This document shows positions 8,676-18,353 of a stretch of 32,000 nt of DNA, in pieces (position 1 is the first letter of the stretch; every line of letters begins with the position of its first letter). The notes beneath the pieces were generated by a model, which was not told where the DNA came from, made no database searches, and saw nothing but the letters and a program-made list of their open reading frames with translations. A program made the position numbers and the translations under genes. Location: positions 810,001-842,000 of the forward strand of contig NC_009483.1 in NCBI RefSeq assembly GCF_000016745.1. Direction: 5' to 3'. Origin of the DNA: Geotalea uraniireducens Rf4. GTDB lineage: Bacteria; Desulfobacterota; Desulfuromonadia; Geobacterales; Geobacteraceae.

Positions 8676-11420
8676 ATGGTCGATTTAAAGAAAAAAAGGT
8701 TTCCTCGTCCTCATTGGGAATATTACGCGTTGCTCGCAGCTTTTATCTGGACGCTGTCGCTGGCTGCGTCATTTGCCTGGAACGTGCATCAGGGGAAACG
8801 GGGGACGTTGGAAGCTGCACAGGTACAGGCGCGGAGCCTTTTCAGGAAAGACGTCATGTACCGACGCTGGAATGCCGGACATGGCGGGGTGTACGTGCCT
8901 GTAACACCTGAAGTTCAGCCGAATCCTTATTTGTCGGGCGTCCCTGACCGGGAGATAAGAACGCCGTCAGGCAGGTTGTTGACTCTGATCAATCCGGCCT
9001 ATATGACGCGCCAGGTTCATGCGTTGGAGAGAGGCGGCTATGGCATCCGTTCTCACATTACGAGTCTTACCCCCATTCGTCCTCAGAATGCCCCGGATTC
9101 GTGGGAGATATCCGCGCTCAAGGCATTCAGTCATGGAAGTAAAGAGGTCAGTTCCGTTGAACAGCTTGACGGAAAACCACATCTTCGCTTCATGCAGCCG
9201 TTGATCGCAGAGGAACCATGTCTGAAGTGCCATGCAAAACAAGGCTATCGTGACGGAGACGTCTATGGTGGTATCAGCGTCTCAATTTCCCTTGAGCCTT
9301 TCCTCGCCATTGAGAGAGACCATTTGTTGCCGCTTGTGGTGGGCCACGTTTTTGTGTATCTGTTCGGAATAGCCGGTCTCGGTATCGGCGTCGTCAGGAT
9401 CAGAAGAAGCGAAAATGAGCGCATCCGGGTTGAAGATGCGCTCAGACGCGCACTTGAGCTGTCAGGTATCGTCCTTGATGCCACCCATGATGCCATTTGT
9501 ATTATAAATGCAGCCGATTTCAAAATCGTCGGCGCCAATCATGTTTTCCTCAAAGAGGTTGGCATGAACGAAGAAGACGTATTGGGAAAAACCTGTCATG
9601 GGGCAACACATAACAGCTGTGAGCCGTGCGCGCCCCCCGACCACACCTGCCCGCTTCAGGCTACCATAAGTACTGGAACCGGTTCTGTTGCTGAACATGT
9701 TCATTACAGCAAACAGGGTGAAAAACTTTATGTGGAAGTGTCCACTTATCCGATCTTCGATGAGCTGGGTAAAATCAATCGGGTCTTGCATGTGGCGCGA
9801 GACATTTCCGAACGCAAAAGGGCCGAGGAGTCATTGCGGGAGTCGGAGAACCGCTACCGCGCCATTTTTGAAAATACGGGCGCGGCGACGATTATCGTCG
9901 ATGAAGATGCAACCATATTCATGGCGAACAAGGAATTTGAGCAGCTGAGCGGTTACTTTAAGGAAGAGGTGGATGGCGTTAAATGCTGGACGGATTTTGT
10001 CTGTCGCGATGACCTGGACAAAATGCTCGAGTACCATCGTCTGCGACGGCTGGACCCGGACGCTGCACCGAGAAACTATGAGTTCCGCTTTCTTGCTGCA
10101 GGAAACATTGTAAAGGACGTTTCAGCAAACTGGACGATGATTCCGGGGACGAACAAGAGCGTTGGCTCGTTCTTGGATATCACGGGGCACAAGCGCATTG
10201 AGAAGGCTTTGCGGGAGAGCGAAGCAAGTCTTGCCATGGCGCAGAAAATCGCTCATCTAGGGAGCTGGGAATGGGATGTGGAGGCGGATGCCTTTAAATG
10301 GTCGGACGAGATGTATCGCATCTGCGGCATGGACCCCAGGGTGTTCACGGTAACGTATGAGGCTTTTCTGGATATGGTTCATCCGCTGGACAAAGAGGCT
10401 GTCAACCGGGCCGTGAACGAGGCCCTTTATGCACAGAAGGCGTATCGCATTGATTATCGCATCGTGCTGCCGGATGGGAGCGTGCGGATGGTGGACGGTC
10501 AGGGAGAAGTAACCTTTGATGAGGCCGGTAAGCCGATTCGCATGGTCGGGACTACCCAGGATGTCACCTGGCGCAAAGAGGCTGAAGAGGCGCTGAGGAA
10601 ATCCGAGGAAAAATTTTCAAAGGCTTTTCATGCAAGTCCCGACTGGATCGTGATAACCAATGCGGCGGATGGGAAATACATCGAGGTAAACGAGGCATTC
10701 CTGGAAATAACCGGCTATGGCCGGGATGAGGTCATCGGTCACACCTCAATTGAAATGGGTATCTGGTTTGACCCTCGAGACCGCATTCTGATGCTTAAGC
10801 TCCTTAACGAGCATGGTCTGGTTCGCAACCTGGAGGTATCGTTTTGCATAAAGTCCGGTGAGCTTCGTACCATGCTCTGGTCGGCCGATGTCATAGAGTA
10901 TAACAATACCGCCTGTTTGATTGCCATAGCCCGTGACGTGACCGAGCAACGGCATCTGGAGAAGGAGCTGTTGAAGAGCCAGGCGCAGTTGTACATGAAG
11001 CACGAAGAATTGAAGAACCTCTTCAACCAGATGGAAACCATAAGAAGAGAGTGGGAGCAGACGCTGGACTGCATTGCCGACATGTTTATCCTTACCGACC
11101 ACGAAGGGCGGATCAAGCGGTTCAACCGCGCCGTGGAGGATTTTACCGGCAAGACGCACCGGGATATCGTCGGCAGGGAGTGGGGCGCGTTTCTGGCGGA
11201 GCATGGCTTGCAAGCCAATGCCGACAAGCCCGGTGTCGAGATATACAACGGGTCGGCGGATAAGTGGCTGGTGTTTAATTTATATCCGTATGCCGATCCC
11301 TTCGGAACGGGCAATACGGGGGTTGTCATAACTATCCATGACGCGAGCGCAACCAGGATGGCTGCGAAGGCCATGGGGGACGCCCGGGGCGATGCCGAGG
11401 GAAATCCGTCGGCCGTTTAG
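8676..11420 (+). CDS. Membrane-anchored multi-PAS sensor with a periplasmic c-type heme (DUF3365/Tll0287-like) domain and no recognisable output domain
   Basis: TM1 (YYALLAAFIWTLSLAASFAW), a periplasmic region of about 190 aa with a single CXXCH (CLKCH, nt 9219-9233), then TM2 (LLPLVVGHVFVYLFGIAGLGIGVV). About five PAS/PAC modules follow, separated by coiled linkers (ERKRAEESLRESENRYR, HKRIEKALRESEASL, WRKEAEEALRKSEEKF, EQRHLEKELLKSQAQL). I found no H-box, HATPase, GGDEF, EAL or HD-GYP motif. Confidence 0.8.
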   Translation: MVDLKKKRFPRPHWEYYALLAAFIWTLSLAASFAWNVHQGKRGTLEAAQVQARSLFRKDVMYRRWNAGHGGVYVPVTPEVQPNPYLSGVPDREIRTPSGRLLTLINPAYMTRQVHALERGGYGIRSHITSLTPIRPQNAPDSWEISALKAFSHGSKEVSSVEQLDGKPHLRFMQPLIAEEPCLKCHAKQGYRDGDVYGGISVSISLEPFLAIERDHLLPLVVGHVFVYLFGIAGLGIGVVRIRRSENERIRVEDALRRALELSGIVLDATHDAICIINAADFKIVGANHVFLKEVGMNEEDVLGKTCHGATHNSCEPCAPPDHTCPLQATISTGTGSVAEHVHYSKQGEKLYVEVSTYPIFDELGKINRVLHVARDISERKRAEESLRESENRYRAIFENTGAATIIVDEDATIFMANKEFEQLSGYFKEEVDGVKCWTDFVCRDDLDKMLEYHRLRRLDPDAAPRNYEFRFLAAGNIVKDVSANWTMIPGTNKSVGSFLDITGHKRIEKALRESEASLAMAQKIAHLGSWEWDVEADAFKWSDEMYRICGMDPRVFTVTYEAFLDMVHPLDKEAVNRAVNEALYAQKAYRIDYRIVLPDGSVRMVDGQGEVTFDEAGKPIRMVGTTQDVTWRKEAEEALRKSEEKFSKAFHASPDWIVITNAADGKYIEVNEAFLEITGYGRDEVIGHTSIEMGIWFDPRDRILMLKLLNEHGLVRNLEVSFCIKSGELRTMLWSADVIEYNNTACLIAIARDVTEQRHLEKELLKSQAQLYMKHEELKNLFNQMETIRREWEQTLDCIADMFILTDHEGRIKRFNRAVEDFTGKTHRDIVGREWGAFLAEHGLQANADKPGVEIYNGSADKWLVFNLYPYADPFGTGNTGVVITIHDASATRMAAKAMGDARGDAEGNPSAV

Positions 11421-11642
11421 TTTCCATCAGGAAATCCCGGATAAGATACTATTTATTCACCGACATCTCCGCTGATGAATTGGCTTCACTGCTTGCGGAG
11501 TGCGAAAGGGAGTACAGATGATCGTTGGATGACAGGCGACAGCCCTTATTGCATTATAGACCGTTAAGGCAGGTGGCTGTTTTGTGGCTTGTATAAAATG
11601 TAGTAATATCAGTGTGTTACGTTGTTTTGCGCGTCTTTTTGC

Positions 11643-11672
11643 TTGACTTCGCCAAATCGATCATGCTATAAG
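11643..11672 (+). promoter_or_regulatory. Candidate sigma70-type promoter for the rlpA-like gene
   Basis: TTGACT (11643-11648), 18 nt, TATAAG (11667-11672), about 30 nt upstream of the ATG at 11701. This is pattern match only. Confidence 0.3.
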
Positions 11673-11700
11673 AGCCCCTCGCCCAACAAAGGAGGTGCGC

Positions 11701-12153
11701 ATGGCATCACTCGAGCGGAGTGGCAATTTGGCGCTGATAAGTGCTATTTGTCTGATGCTCCTTCCGATCCACCCACTTCCCCTGCAGGCTGAAGAAACTC
11801 GATCGGAAACCAACAAGGAAGAAGCAGTCGTAGCGCCTGTGAAGGCAGGAAGCCGTCAGGAGGGGATCGCATCCTACTACGCCAAAAGGTATAACGGCAG
11901 GAGAACGACCTCGGGGGTTCGTTACAATCCCGAAAAAATGACGGCGGCCCATTCCGACCTTCCCCTCGGAACAAAGGTTAAGGTGAGAAACCTTGCCAAT
12001 GACAAAGAAGTAGTGGTCATCGTAAATGACCGTTGCCGCAAGAGAAAGTGGCCATTTATCGATCTTTCCCGAGCAGCGGCAAAAAAATTGGGATTCCTCG
12101 GCAAGGGGATATCCAAGGTGATGATAATCCCCCTGGACGAGGAAGCATCATAA
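11701..12153 (+). CDS. RlpA-like lipoprotein / DPBB-domain lytic transglycosylase family protein
   Basis: A signal peptide followed by GIASYYAKRYNGRRTTSGVRYNPEKMTAAHSDLPLGTKVKVRNLANDKEVVVIVNDR, the RlpA double-psi beta-barrel signature. The ATG at 11701 has GGAGG 5 nt upstream. Confidence 0.8.
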   Translation: MASLERSGNLALISAICLMLLPIHPLPLQAEETRSETNKEEAVVAPVKAGSRQEGIASYYAKRYNGRRTTSGVRYNPEKMTAAHSDLPLGTKVKVRNLANDKEVVVIVNDRCRKRKWPFIDLSRAAAKKLGFLGKGISKVMIIPLDEEAS

Positions 12154-12174
12154 AAAAACTATTGGGCGAACAAG

Positions 12175-12205
12175 AAAAGGCCGGGCATTTTGCCCGGCCT
12201 TTTTG
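12175..12205. terminator. Bidirectional intrinsic terminator between the convergent rlpA-like and TPR genes
   Basis: AAAAGGCCGGGCAttttGCCCGGCCTTTTT is a perfect 8-bp GC stem flanked by an A-run and a T-run. Confidence 0.75.
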
Positions 12206-12256
12206 TATTGTGATCGATTTATGTGAGTTTCGAGCTGCGTGTGCTTAAGCCAAAGT

Positions 12257-14158
12257 TTATTTTTTTGTTTTGGCTTTTGATTTTTTTGCTTTCGATGTTT
12301 TTCCCGCCTTGTTTTTACCACGTTTTTTCACGGCTTTCCCTTTTTTGGACTTGTGCCCTTTCTTTTTATACTTTTTGGGTTCCGGCGACAGCTCTTCCTT
12401 TATGTTGCTGAGCAGGACGGTCGTCTCTTCCAATTCGGGATCAGCTTTCTTTGCCGTTTCCAGCGCCTCTTTTGCTTCGGATATGCGGCCGCTCTTCATG
12501 TAGGCACGTCCCATGGCATTCAAGGCTTTTGCATGATCGCTCTTTAATGCTACAGATTCCTTATACTGGCTGATGGCAGCATCATAATCTTTTTTGAATT
12601 CATATATCAGCCCCAGCTTATAATGGCTGTTGGGGTCTTTAGGATTCAGTTCCACCCCTTCTTTGAGGAGGTTGATCAGTTCGTCATAGTTCTTGTTTTT
12701 TACGTAGATGGAGGTGAGTGCCGTACGGGCTTCGACATCGTCTTTTTTCATGCGGAGTATCGAGCGGTATTCCTTTTCCGCCTCTTCGTTCTGATTTTTC
12801 TTCCTGAAAAGGGCAGCCAGATCGCGGTGCGCTTCAATATTGTCGGGGTCCAGTTTTGTCGTTTCAAGGTATTCTGAAATTGCCGCCGGATAATCCTTGC
12901 TGTTAACGTAGACCTTTGCCAGTTTAAAATGGATGAGAGGGTTGTCTTTTCTCAGTTTGATCAGTTCGCGGTACTGCTCGATTGCTTGCGGAAAACTGCC
13001 GCGCAGGGTGTAGATATCTGCAAGCCGTCTTCGTGTGTCGCCGTTGTCTGCGGTATAGTTGAGGGCCTGCCGGTATTCGACAACTGCTTCATCGAGGAGC
13101 GCCTTGCGTTCGTATAGAATTCCCAGATTGTAGTGAAGGTTGCCGTTTTCCGCCTTGAGGCGGATTGCTTCACGATAGCTGGCGATTGCTTCATCATCAT
13201 GGCCTGCCGCCATCTGCGCATCCCCAAGTTTTTGCAGGGCTTCAGGCCATTCAGGCTTGTCCTTCAATGCGGCCTTGTATTCAGTCGCGGCTTTTTCGTA
13301 TTCCTTGTTTTTTACGAATTCATCGCCCTGACGCAGGTGGTTACTTTGAGCCACTTCTTCGGTTTTGACCGGTATACCGGCAAGAATATATTCATACTCG
13401 GAGCTTTTTTTATCACCCTTTTTGTCGTAGGCTTCCGCCAACAGGCGATGGATGTTTTTATTCCCGGGATCGATCACCTGGGCCTTTTTGAGTTCACCGA
13501 TCGCCTTGTCAAACTGGTTCCTGCTGCTGAAGAGCGCCGCCAGGCCTAGTCTGGCGTTGAGATTGCCCGGCTCGATTGCCAGCACCTTGTTGTATTCCTC
13601 TTCGGCGCTGTTTATGAGTCCCATGCCGGTATATACTCCGGCAAGGTCAGCATAAAGAGATGTGTCTGCCGGCAGGGCGTTTATAGCCTCGTTGTAATGA
13701 TACAAAGCCAGATTGTAGAGTTTCTTGTCACTGAATATCTTGCCGAGAGCCTTGTTATAGGCGGGAGAAGGGGTGGTTTTTATCGCTTTGGTCAGCTCGA
13801 CTGCGGCATCATCCTGCAAACCCTTCTGTAAATAGATGAGGCCGAGATTGCCACTGGCCGGTCCGAAATCCGGGTCATCTTTCAAGGATTCCTGATACTC
13901 CGTGACGGCCCCGTCGAGGTTTCCATTTCGCTCCAGATCGAGCGCCTTCATAAAATGCCCCGCAGCTCCATCAGGGCAAAGCTTTATTATTCGTGATTCC
14001 GCTTCGCTCCGTGCGGCATCGACCTTGATATCAGCCAAGCTGACAGCTATCTTTTTTGCTTCGCGGCAATTGTCCTTTAAGCCGAAACCCCAATCAAACC
14101 CACAGGTGAGAAGCGGCAGAACAGCCAGCATAAGAAGGGTCGAATATTTTTTCATCAA
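12257..14158 (-). CDS. Large TPR-repeat lipoprotein with a polylysine C-terminal tail
   Basis: Lipobox MMKKYSTLLMLAVLPLLTC/G and about 15 tandem TPR units (repeating A..Y..AL...P....A...LG..Y pattern). In the last 41 residues, 21 are Lys and 1 is Arg. Confidence 0.85.
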   Translation of the reverse strand: MMKKYSTLLMLAVLPLLTCGFDWGFGLKDNCREAKKIAVSLADIKVDAARSEAESRIIKLCPDGAAGHFMKALDLERNGNLDGAVTEYQESLKDDPDFGPASGNLGLIYLQKGLQDDAAVELTKAIKTTPSPAYNKALGKIFSDKKLYNLALYHYNEAINALPADTSLYADLAGVYTGMGLINSAEEEYNKVLAIEPGNLNARLGLAALFSSRNQFDKAIGELKKAQVIDPGNKNIHRLLAEAYDKKGDKKSSEYEYILAGIPVKTEEVAQSNHLRQGDEFVKNKEYEKAATEYKAALKDKPEWPEALQKLGDAQMAAGHDDEAIASYREAIRLKAENGNLHYNLGILYERKALLDEAVVEYRQALNYTADNGDTRRRLADIYTLRGSFPQAIEQYRELIKLRKDNPLIHFKLAKVYVNSKDYPAAISEYLETTKLDPDNIEAHRDLAALFRKKNQNEEAEKEYRSILRMKKDDVEARTALTSIYVKNKNYDELINLLKEGVELNPKDPNSHYKLGLIYEFKKDYDAAISQYKESVALKSDHAKALNAMGRAYMKSGRISEAKEALETAKKADPELEETTVLLSNIKEELSPEPKKYKKKGHKSKKGKAVKKRGKNKAGKTSKAKKSKAKTKK

Positions 14159-14312
14159 GGTCCTCGCGTAATTCTTGATATGAATTTGCGGGGATTATAC
14201 ACACCAGTTACTGATAATTCAATTCCTAACAGCGAAGACGGTTGGCTGAGGGGGGTTCACAGGCCAATGCACAATTATGGCGCCGTCCTGCTTCGCGATA
14301 CGGCGGATTACC

Positions 14313-14340
14313 TTGACTTTCACGGCAAAGATGGTTAAAT
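14313..14340 (+). promoter_or_regulatory. Candidate promoter for hsp20-lon
   Basis: TTGACT (14313-14318), 16 nt, TTAAAT (14335-14340), about 110 nt upstream of hsp20. This is pattern match only. Confidence 0.25.
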
Positions 14341-14448
14341 CAACAAAATCACCTTTGCCGGCTACTGATGTGGTCGATAACGACACGAGTTGAGTTTTCA
14401 TAGCGCAATATATTGCATATGGACGGAACTTGACCGAAGAGGGAAGTT

Positions 14449-14892
14449 ATGGCTGTGATTCCCAGGTATCCTTTGGAATGGTTGAACTTTTTCCGGCAGC
14501 AGATGGACGAAATATTCAATTATCTTTCGACCCTCGAGGGGAGGGAGAGCTTCGGGGAGCACGAATCAGCGCCGTTGGTGGATGTTTTCGAAACAACGGA
14601 TAACTATATCGTAGAAATCGAGTTGCCGGGTTTTGTCAAACAGGATCTTTCTTTGAGCATTTGCTGCAACACGCTGGTTTTGGAAGGGGTTAAGCGGGAA
14701 GAGCCCAGGGCTGCAGGAGTGAACTACATCTGCATGGAGCGCCAGTTCGGCCGCTTCTGCAGGACCGTTGAGATACCTCCTGCGGTTGACATGAACGGGG
14801 TGAAGGCCTGCTACCTGAAGGGGGTGCTTTCTGTCACCTTTCCCAAATTGCCGGACAAAAATATGTTTATCAGGGATATTCCGATTGAGTGA
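14449..14892 (+). CDS. Small heat-shock protein, Hsp20/alpha-crystallin family
   Basis: Alpha-crystallin domain motifs ([28 protein letters not shown] ... GVLSVTFPK). GAGGGAAG RBS. Confidence 0.9.
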   Translation: MAVIPRYPLEWLNFFRQQMDEIFNYLSTLEGRESFGEHESAPLVDVFETTDNYIVEIELPGFVKQDLSLSICCNTLVLEGVKREEPRAAGVNYICMERQFGRFCRTVEIPPAVDMNGVKACYLKGVLSVTFPKLPDKNMFIRDIPIE

Positions 14893-14903
14893 GGAGATTT
14901 GAT

Positions 14904-17357
14904 ATGGAAAACAAACAGGAAAATGAAGAACTGAGCATACCGGATGTCCTGCCGCTGTTACCTGTGCGGGATGTGGTCGTCTATCCCTATATGATTCTTC
15001 CCCTTTTCGTTGGCCGGGAGATATCCATCAATGCTGTAGACTATGCGTTGTCTAAAGACAGGCTTATTTTTCTTGCCACCCAAAAAGACGTGAGCGAGGA
15101 GGATCCTGCGCCGGATATGATCTACGGTGTCGGCACCGTCGCCATGATAATGCGCATGCTCAAGCTGCCTGACGGCAGGGTGAAGATACTGGTGCAGGGG
15201 TTGACGAAAGGGCGCATCACCGGATATGAGGCTGAAAAACCTTTCTACTCGGTGCGTATCGAGCGTCTTGTGGAGCCGATGGTGCCGGAGAACTCCCTTG
15301 AGACCGAAGCTTTCATACGCACAGTAAAGGAGCAACTGGCCAAGATCGTATCCCTGGGGAAAGTTGTTTCTCCCGAAGTCATGGTGATAGTGGAGAACAT
15401 GCAGGAACCGGGTAGCCTTGCCGACCTCATTGCCAGCAATATCGGCCTGAAGGTGGAAGAGGCTCAGGGGCTTTTGGAGATCATCGATCCCATCGAACGG
15501 TTGAAGAGGGTGAACGAATTCCTCAACAAGGAGTTTGAACTCCTGAGCATGCAGGCACGCATCCAGTCGGCTGCCAAGGAGGAAATGGGGAAGAGTCAGC
15601 GGGAATATTATCTCCGTGAGCAGCTTCGAGCCATCCAGCAGGAACTGGGCGAAACCGACGCGCGGAGCGAAGAGATTGCCGAACTGCGCAAAGCCATAGA
15701 AAACGTCAAGATGCCTCCTAATGTGGAGAAAGAAGCACTGAAGCAGCTGGGACGTCTCGAACAGATGCACCCCGATGCTGCCGAATCGGGAATGCTGCGT
15801 ACCTTTCTCGACTGGATGGTTGAACTTCCATGGAGCAAATCCACCAAGGATTCCCTTGAAATCAAAAAGGCGAAGGAGATTCTCGATGAGGATCACTATT
15901 ACCTGGAGAAGATCAAGGATCGGATACTGGAGTTTCTGGCGGTGCGCAAGCTGAAGAAGAAGATGAAGGGGCCGATCCTCTGTTTTGTCGGACCTCCGGG
16001 GGTAGGCAAGACCTCGCTCGGGAAATCCATTGCCCGGGCCATGGGGCGGAAATTCGTCCGTATTTCTCTCGGGGGAGTACGTGACGAGGCAGAGATCAGG
16101 GGACACCGCAGGACTTATGTCGGAGCGATGCCGGGCCGCATAATCCAGGGGCTGAAACAGGCCGGTTCCAACAATCCGGTCTTCATGCTCGACGAGTTGG
16201 ACAAGCTTGGCGCAGATTTCCGCGGTGACCCGTCTTCCGCGCTTCTGGAGGTGCTTGACCCGGAGCAGAACCATTCATTTTCCGATCATTACATCAACCT
16301 TCCCTTCAGCCTCTCCGATGTCATGTTCATTGCTACGGCCAACCAGATCGACACGGTGCCGGGCCCGCTTCGCGACCGGATGGAGGTGATCAGCCTCTCG
16401 GGTTATACGGAGGAAGAAAAGCTCCAGATAGCGAAACGCTACCTGGTGCCGCGCCAGATCAAGGAAAACGGCATAACGGAAAAGGTCATCACCTTTTCCG
16501 ATGAGGCGATCAAGGGCGTTATATCCAAGTATACCCGCGAGGCGGGTCTGAGAAACCTGGAACGCGAGATCGGCAGCGTTTGCCGCAAGGTGGCGCGTAA
16601 GGTGGCCGAAGGGGAGAAGAAACAGTTCGTCATCAATGCTGCGACCGTTGCCAAATATCTCGGCCCCCCCAGGTTCCTTCGCGAAGAGGAGATGGAGTAC
16701 AACGAGATCGGCGTCGTTACCGGCCTGGCCTGGACACCTGTCGGCGGAGAGGTGCTGTTTGTCGAGGCGACGATCATGAAAGGGAAAGGGGGGCTGACCC
16801 TGACCGGCCAGCTTGGCGATGTGATGAAGGAGTCCGTGCAGGCTGCTCTTTCCTACATCCGTGCTCGTGCGGCTGAACTGCAACTGCCGGAGGATTTTTA
16901 CAGCACTATGGACATTCACGTCCATGTTCCGGCCGGTGCGATTCCTAAAGACGGGCCTTCAGCTGGTGTTACCATGGCGACGGCCCTGGTTTCGGCTCTC
17001 GCCAAAATTCCTGTGAAGAAGGACGTGGCCATGACAGGGGAAATTACCCTGCGTGGCAAGGTGCTCCCCATCGGCGGACTCAAGGAAAAGATCCTGGCTG
17101 CAATCAGGTTGGGGATCACGACCATAATCATACCGGAGCAGAACAGGAAGGACCTGGAAGATGTTCCCAGGCATATCCTGAAAAAGGTCAAGATAGTGTT
17201 TGCCAAGACGATCGACGATGTGCTCAAGGTTGCCCTGGAAAAATACCCGCCGCCCGCGCCCGGCACGGTTAAGAGCCTGCCGCCGAAGACCAAGTCCCAT
17301 GCTGCACGGGTGCTGGTCACACCCCACAAAGGGGTCGTGGCGGGGGCAAAGGGGTGA
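14904..17357 (+). CDS. lon: ATP-dependent Lon protease (LonA)
   Basis: A Lon N-terminal domain ([24 protein letters not shown]), Walker [10 protein letters not shown], and a protease domain with PKDGPSAG. The ATG at 14904 has GAGGAG upstream. The track start at 14889 is a GTG. Confidence 0.95.
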   Translation: MENKQENEELSIPDVLPLLPVRDVVVYPYMILPLFVGREISINAVDYALSKDRLIFLATQKDVSEEDPAPDMIYGVGTVAMIMRMLKLPDGRVKILVQGLTKGRITGYEAEKPFYSVRIERLVEPMVPENSLETEAFIRTVKEQLAKIVSLGKVVSPEVMVIVENMQEPGSLADLIASNIGLKVEEAQGLLEIIDPIERLKRVNEFLNKEFELLSMQARIQSAAKEEMGKSQREYYLREQLRAIQQELGETDARSEEIAELRKAIENVKMPPNVEKEALKQLGRLEQMHPDAAESGMLRTFLDWMVELPWSKSTKDSLEIKKAKEILDEDHYYLEKIKDRILEFLAVRKLKKKMKGPILCFVGPPGVGKTSLGKSIARAMGRKFVRISLGGVRDEAEIRGHRRTYVGAMPGRIIQGLKQAGSNNPVFMLDELDKLGADFRGDPSSALLEVLDPEQNHSFSDHYINLPFSLSDVMFIATANQIDTVPGPLRDRMEVISLSGYTEEEKLQIAKRYLVPRQIKENGITEKVITFSDEAIKGVISKYTREAGLRNLEREIGSVCRKVARKVAEGEKKQFVINAATVAKYLGPPRFLREEEMEYNEIGVVTGLAWTPVGGEVLFVEATIMKGKGGLTLTGQLGDVMKESVQAALSYIRARAAELQLPEDFYSTMDIHVHVPAGAIPKDGPSAGVTMATALVSALAKIPVKKDVAMTGEITLRGKVLPIGGLKEKILAAIRLGITTIIIPEQNRKDLEDVPRHILKKVKIVFAKTIDDVLKVALEKYPPPAPGTVKSLPPKTKSHAARVLVTPHKGVVAGAKG

Positions 17358-18337
17358 ATCTCAAGGAACTGGGCGAATTCGGCCTGATTGACAGGTTTGC
17401 TGCCGGCGTTGCGGATAAAGCATCGGTAAAAATCGGCATCGGCGACGATGCCGCTGCCTTCGAACCGGCAGAGGGGCATCTTTCCCTGGTAACCTCCGAC
17501 ATGCTCATTGAAGGGGTGCATTTCGACCTTGCCCTGTGCGACCCGCTTACCCTCGGGAGAAAGTCGCTGGCGGTCAATCTTTCCGACCTGGCCGCCATGG
17601 GCGCAACCCCCCGCTATTTTCTCCTCTCTCTGGCCATTCCTGCCGCGCTGACGGTGGAGTTCCTTGACGGCTTCATTGCCGGGATCATGCAGCGGGCCGA
17701 ACAGTTCGGCGTTACCCTTGTGGGAGGGGACACCTGTTCTTCAAAGGGGGGGCTGGTGATTTCCGTAACAGCCATTGGTGAGCAGCTGCCTGAGCTCGTG
17801 GTGCGCCGCAGCGGGGCACGGCCCGGAGATCTGCTTTTTGTCACCGGAACCCTTGGTGATTCGGCGCTTGGACTAAAATTGCTGCGGAAGGGAGAACGGC
17901 GCGGCCTGCTGGTGGAGAGGCACCTCGATCCCGAACCGCGGGTTGCTGCCGGGATCTTGCTGGCTGAGGCCGGGGTGGCGACGGCCATGATCGATGTGAG
18001 TGACGGGCTGTTGGCCGATCTCGGCCATATTCTCAGGCTGTCCAATGTCGGTGCACGAGTGGAGTTGAAAAATGTCCCGCTCTCCCCTGGCTACACGGAA
18101 GAAATTTCAAGGTTAGCCGGTGACCCCTTTTCGTTGGCCCTTGGCGGCGGCGAGGATTACGAACTCCTCTTTACAGCGCCGCCCCTTCTCAAAGACCGTG
18201 TTATTACTCTTATGGCGGAATGCGGGGTCGCTGTCTCGCTCATTGGGGAAATTACCGCAAGCGGTCGGCTATCGGTCATCAATGTTGACGGCGAGGAATA
18301 TCAGGCGGTTCAAAGAGGATACAATCATTTTGCCTGA
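17354..18337 (+). CDS. thiL: Thiamine-monophosphate kinase
   Basis: EFGLIDRF..., [19 protein letters not shown] and [12 protein letters not shown] are AIR-synthase-related/ThiL signatures. The GTG start overlaps the lon stop (GTGA). Confidence 0.9.
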   Translation: MNLKELGEFGLIDRFAAGVADKASVKIGIGDDAAAFEPAEGHLSLVTSDMLIEGVHFDLALCDPLTLGRKSLAVNLSDLAAMGATPRYFLLSLAIPAALTVEFLDGFIAGIMQRAEQFGVTLVGGDTCSSKGGLVISVTAIGEQLPELVVRRSGARPGDLLFVTGTLGDSALGLKLLRKGERRGLLVERHLDPEPRVAAGILLAEAGVATAMIDVSDGLLADLGHILRLSNVGARVELKNVPLSPGYTEEISRLAGDPFSLALGGGEDYELLFTAPPLLKDRVITLMAECGVAVSLIGEITASGRLSVINVDGEEYQAVQRGYNHFA

Positions 18338-18353
18338 TGCATATTGATTGCCG

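Noticed and set aside
14219-14401. A 60-aa minus-strand ORF in the TPR/hsp20 intergenic region.
   Set aside because: There is no Shine-Dalgarno upstream of its ATG and no recognisable motif. It overlaps the putative hsp20 promoter and palindromes. It is more likely non-coding regulatory DNA.
14958-16274. A 438-aa ORF antisense to lon. Similar long antisense ORFs lie at 254-1351, 20549-21379, 27353-27985 and 29080-29982.
   Set aside because: All lie fully inside, or span, well-supported genes on the opposite strand. They have no RBS. Their composition is low-complexity and rich in Arg, Leu, His and Gly, which is typical of the mirror frame of GC-biased coding DNA. I recognised no family motifs.
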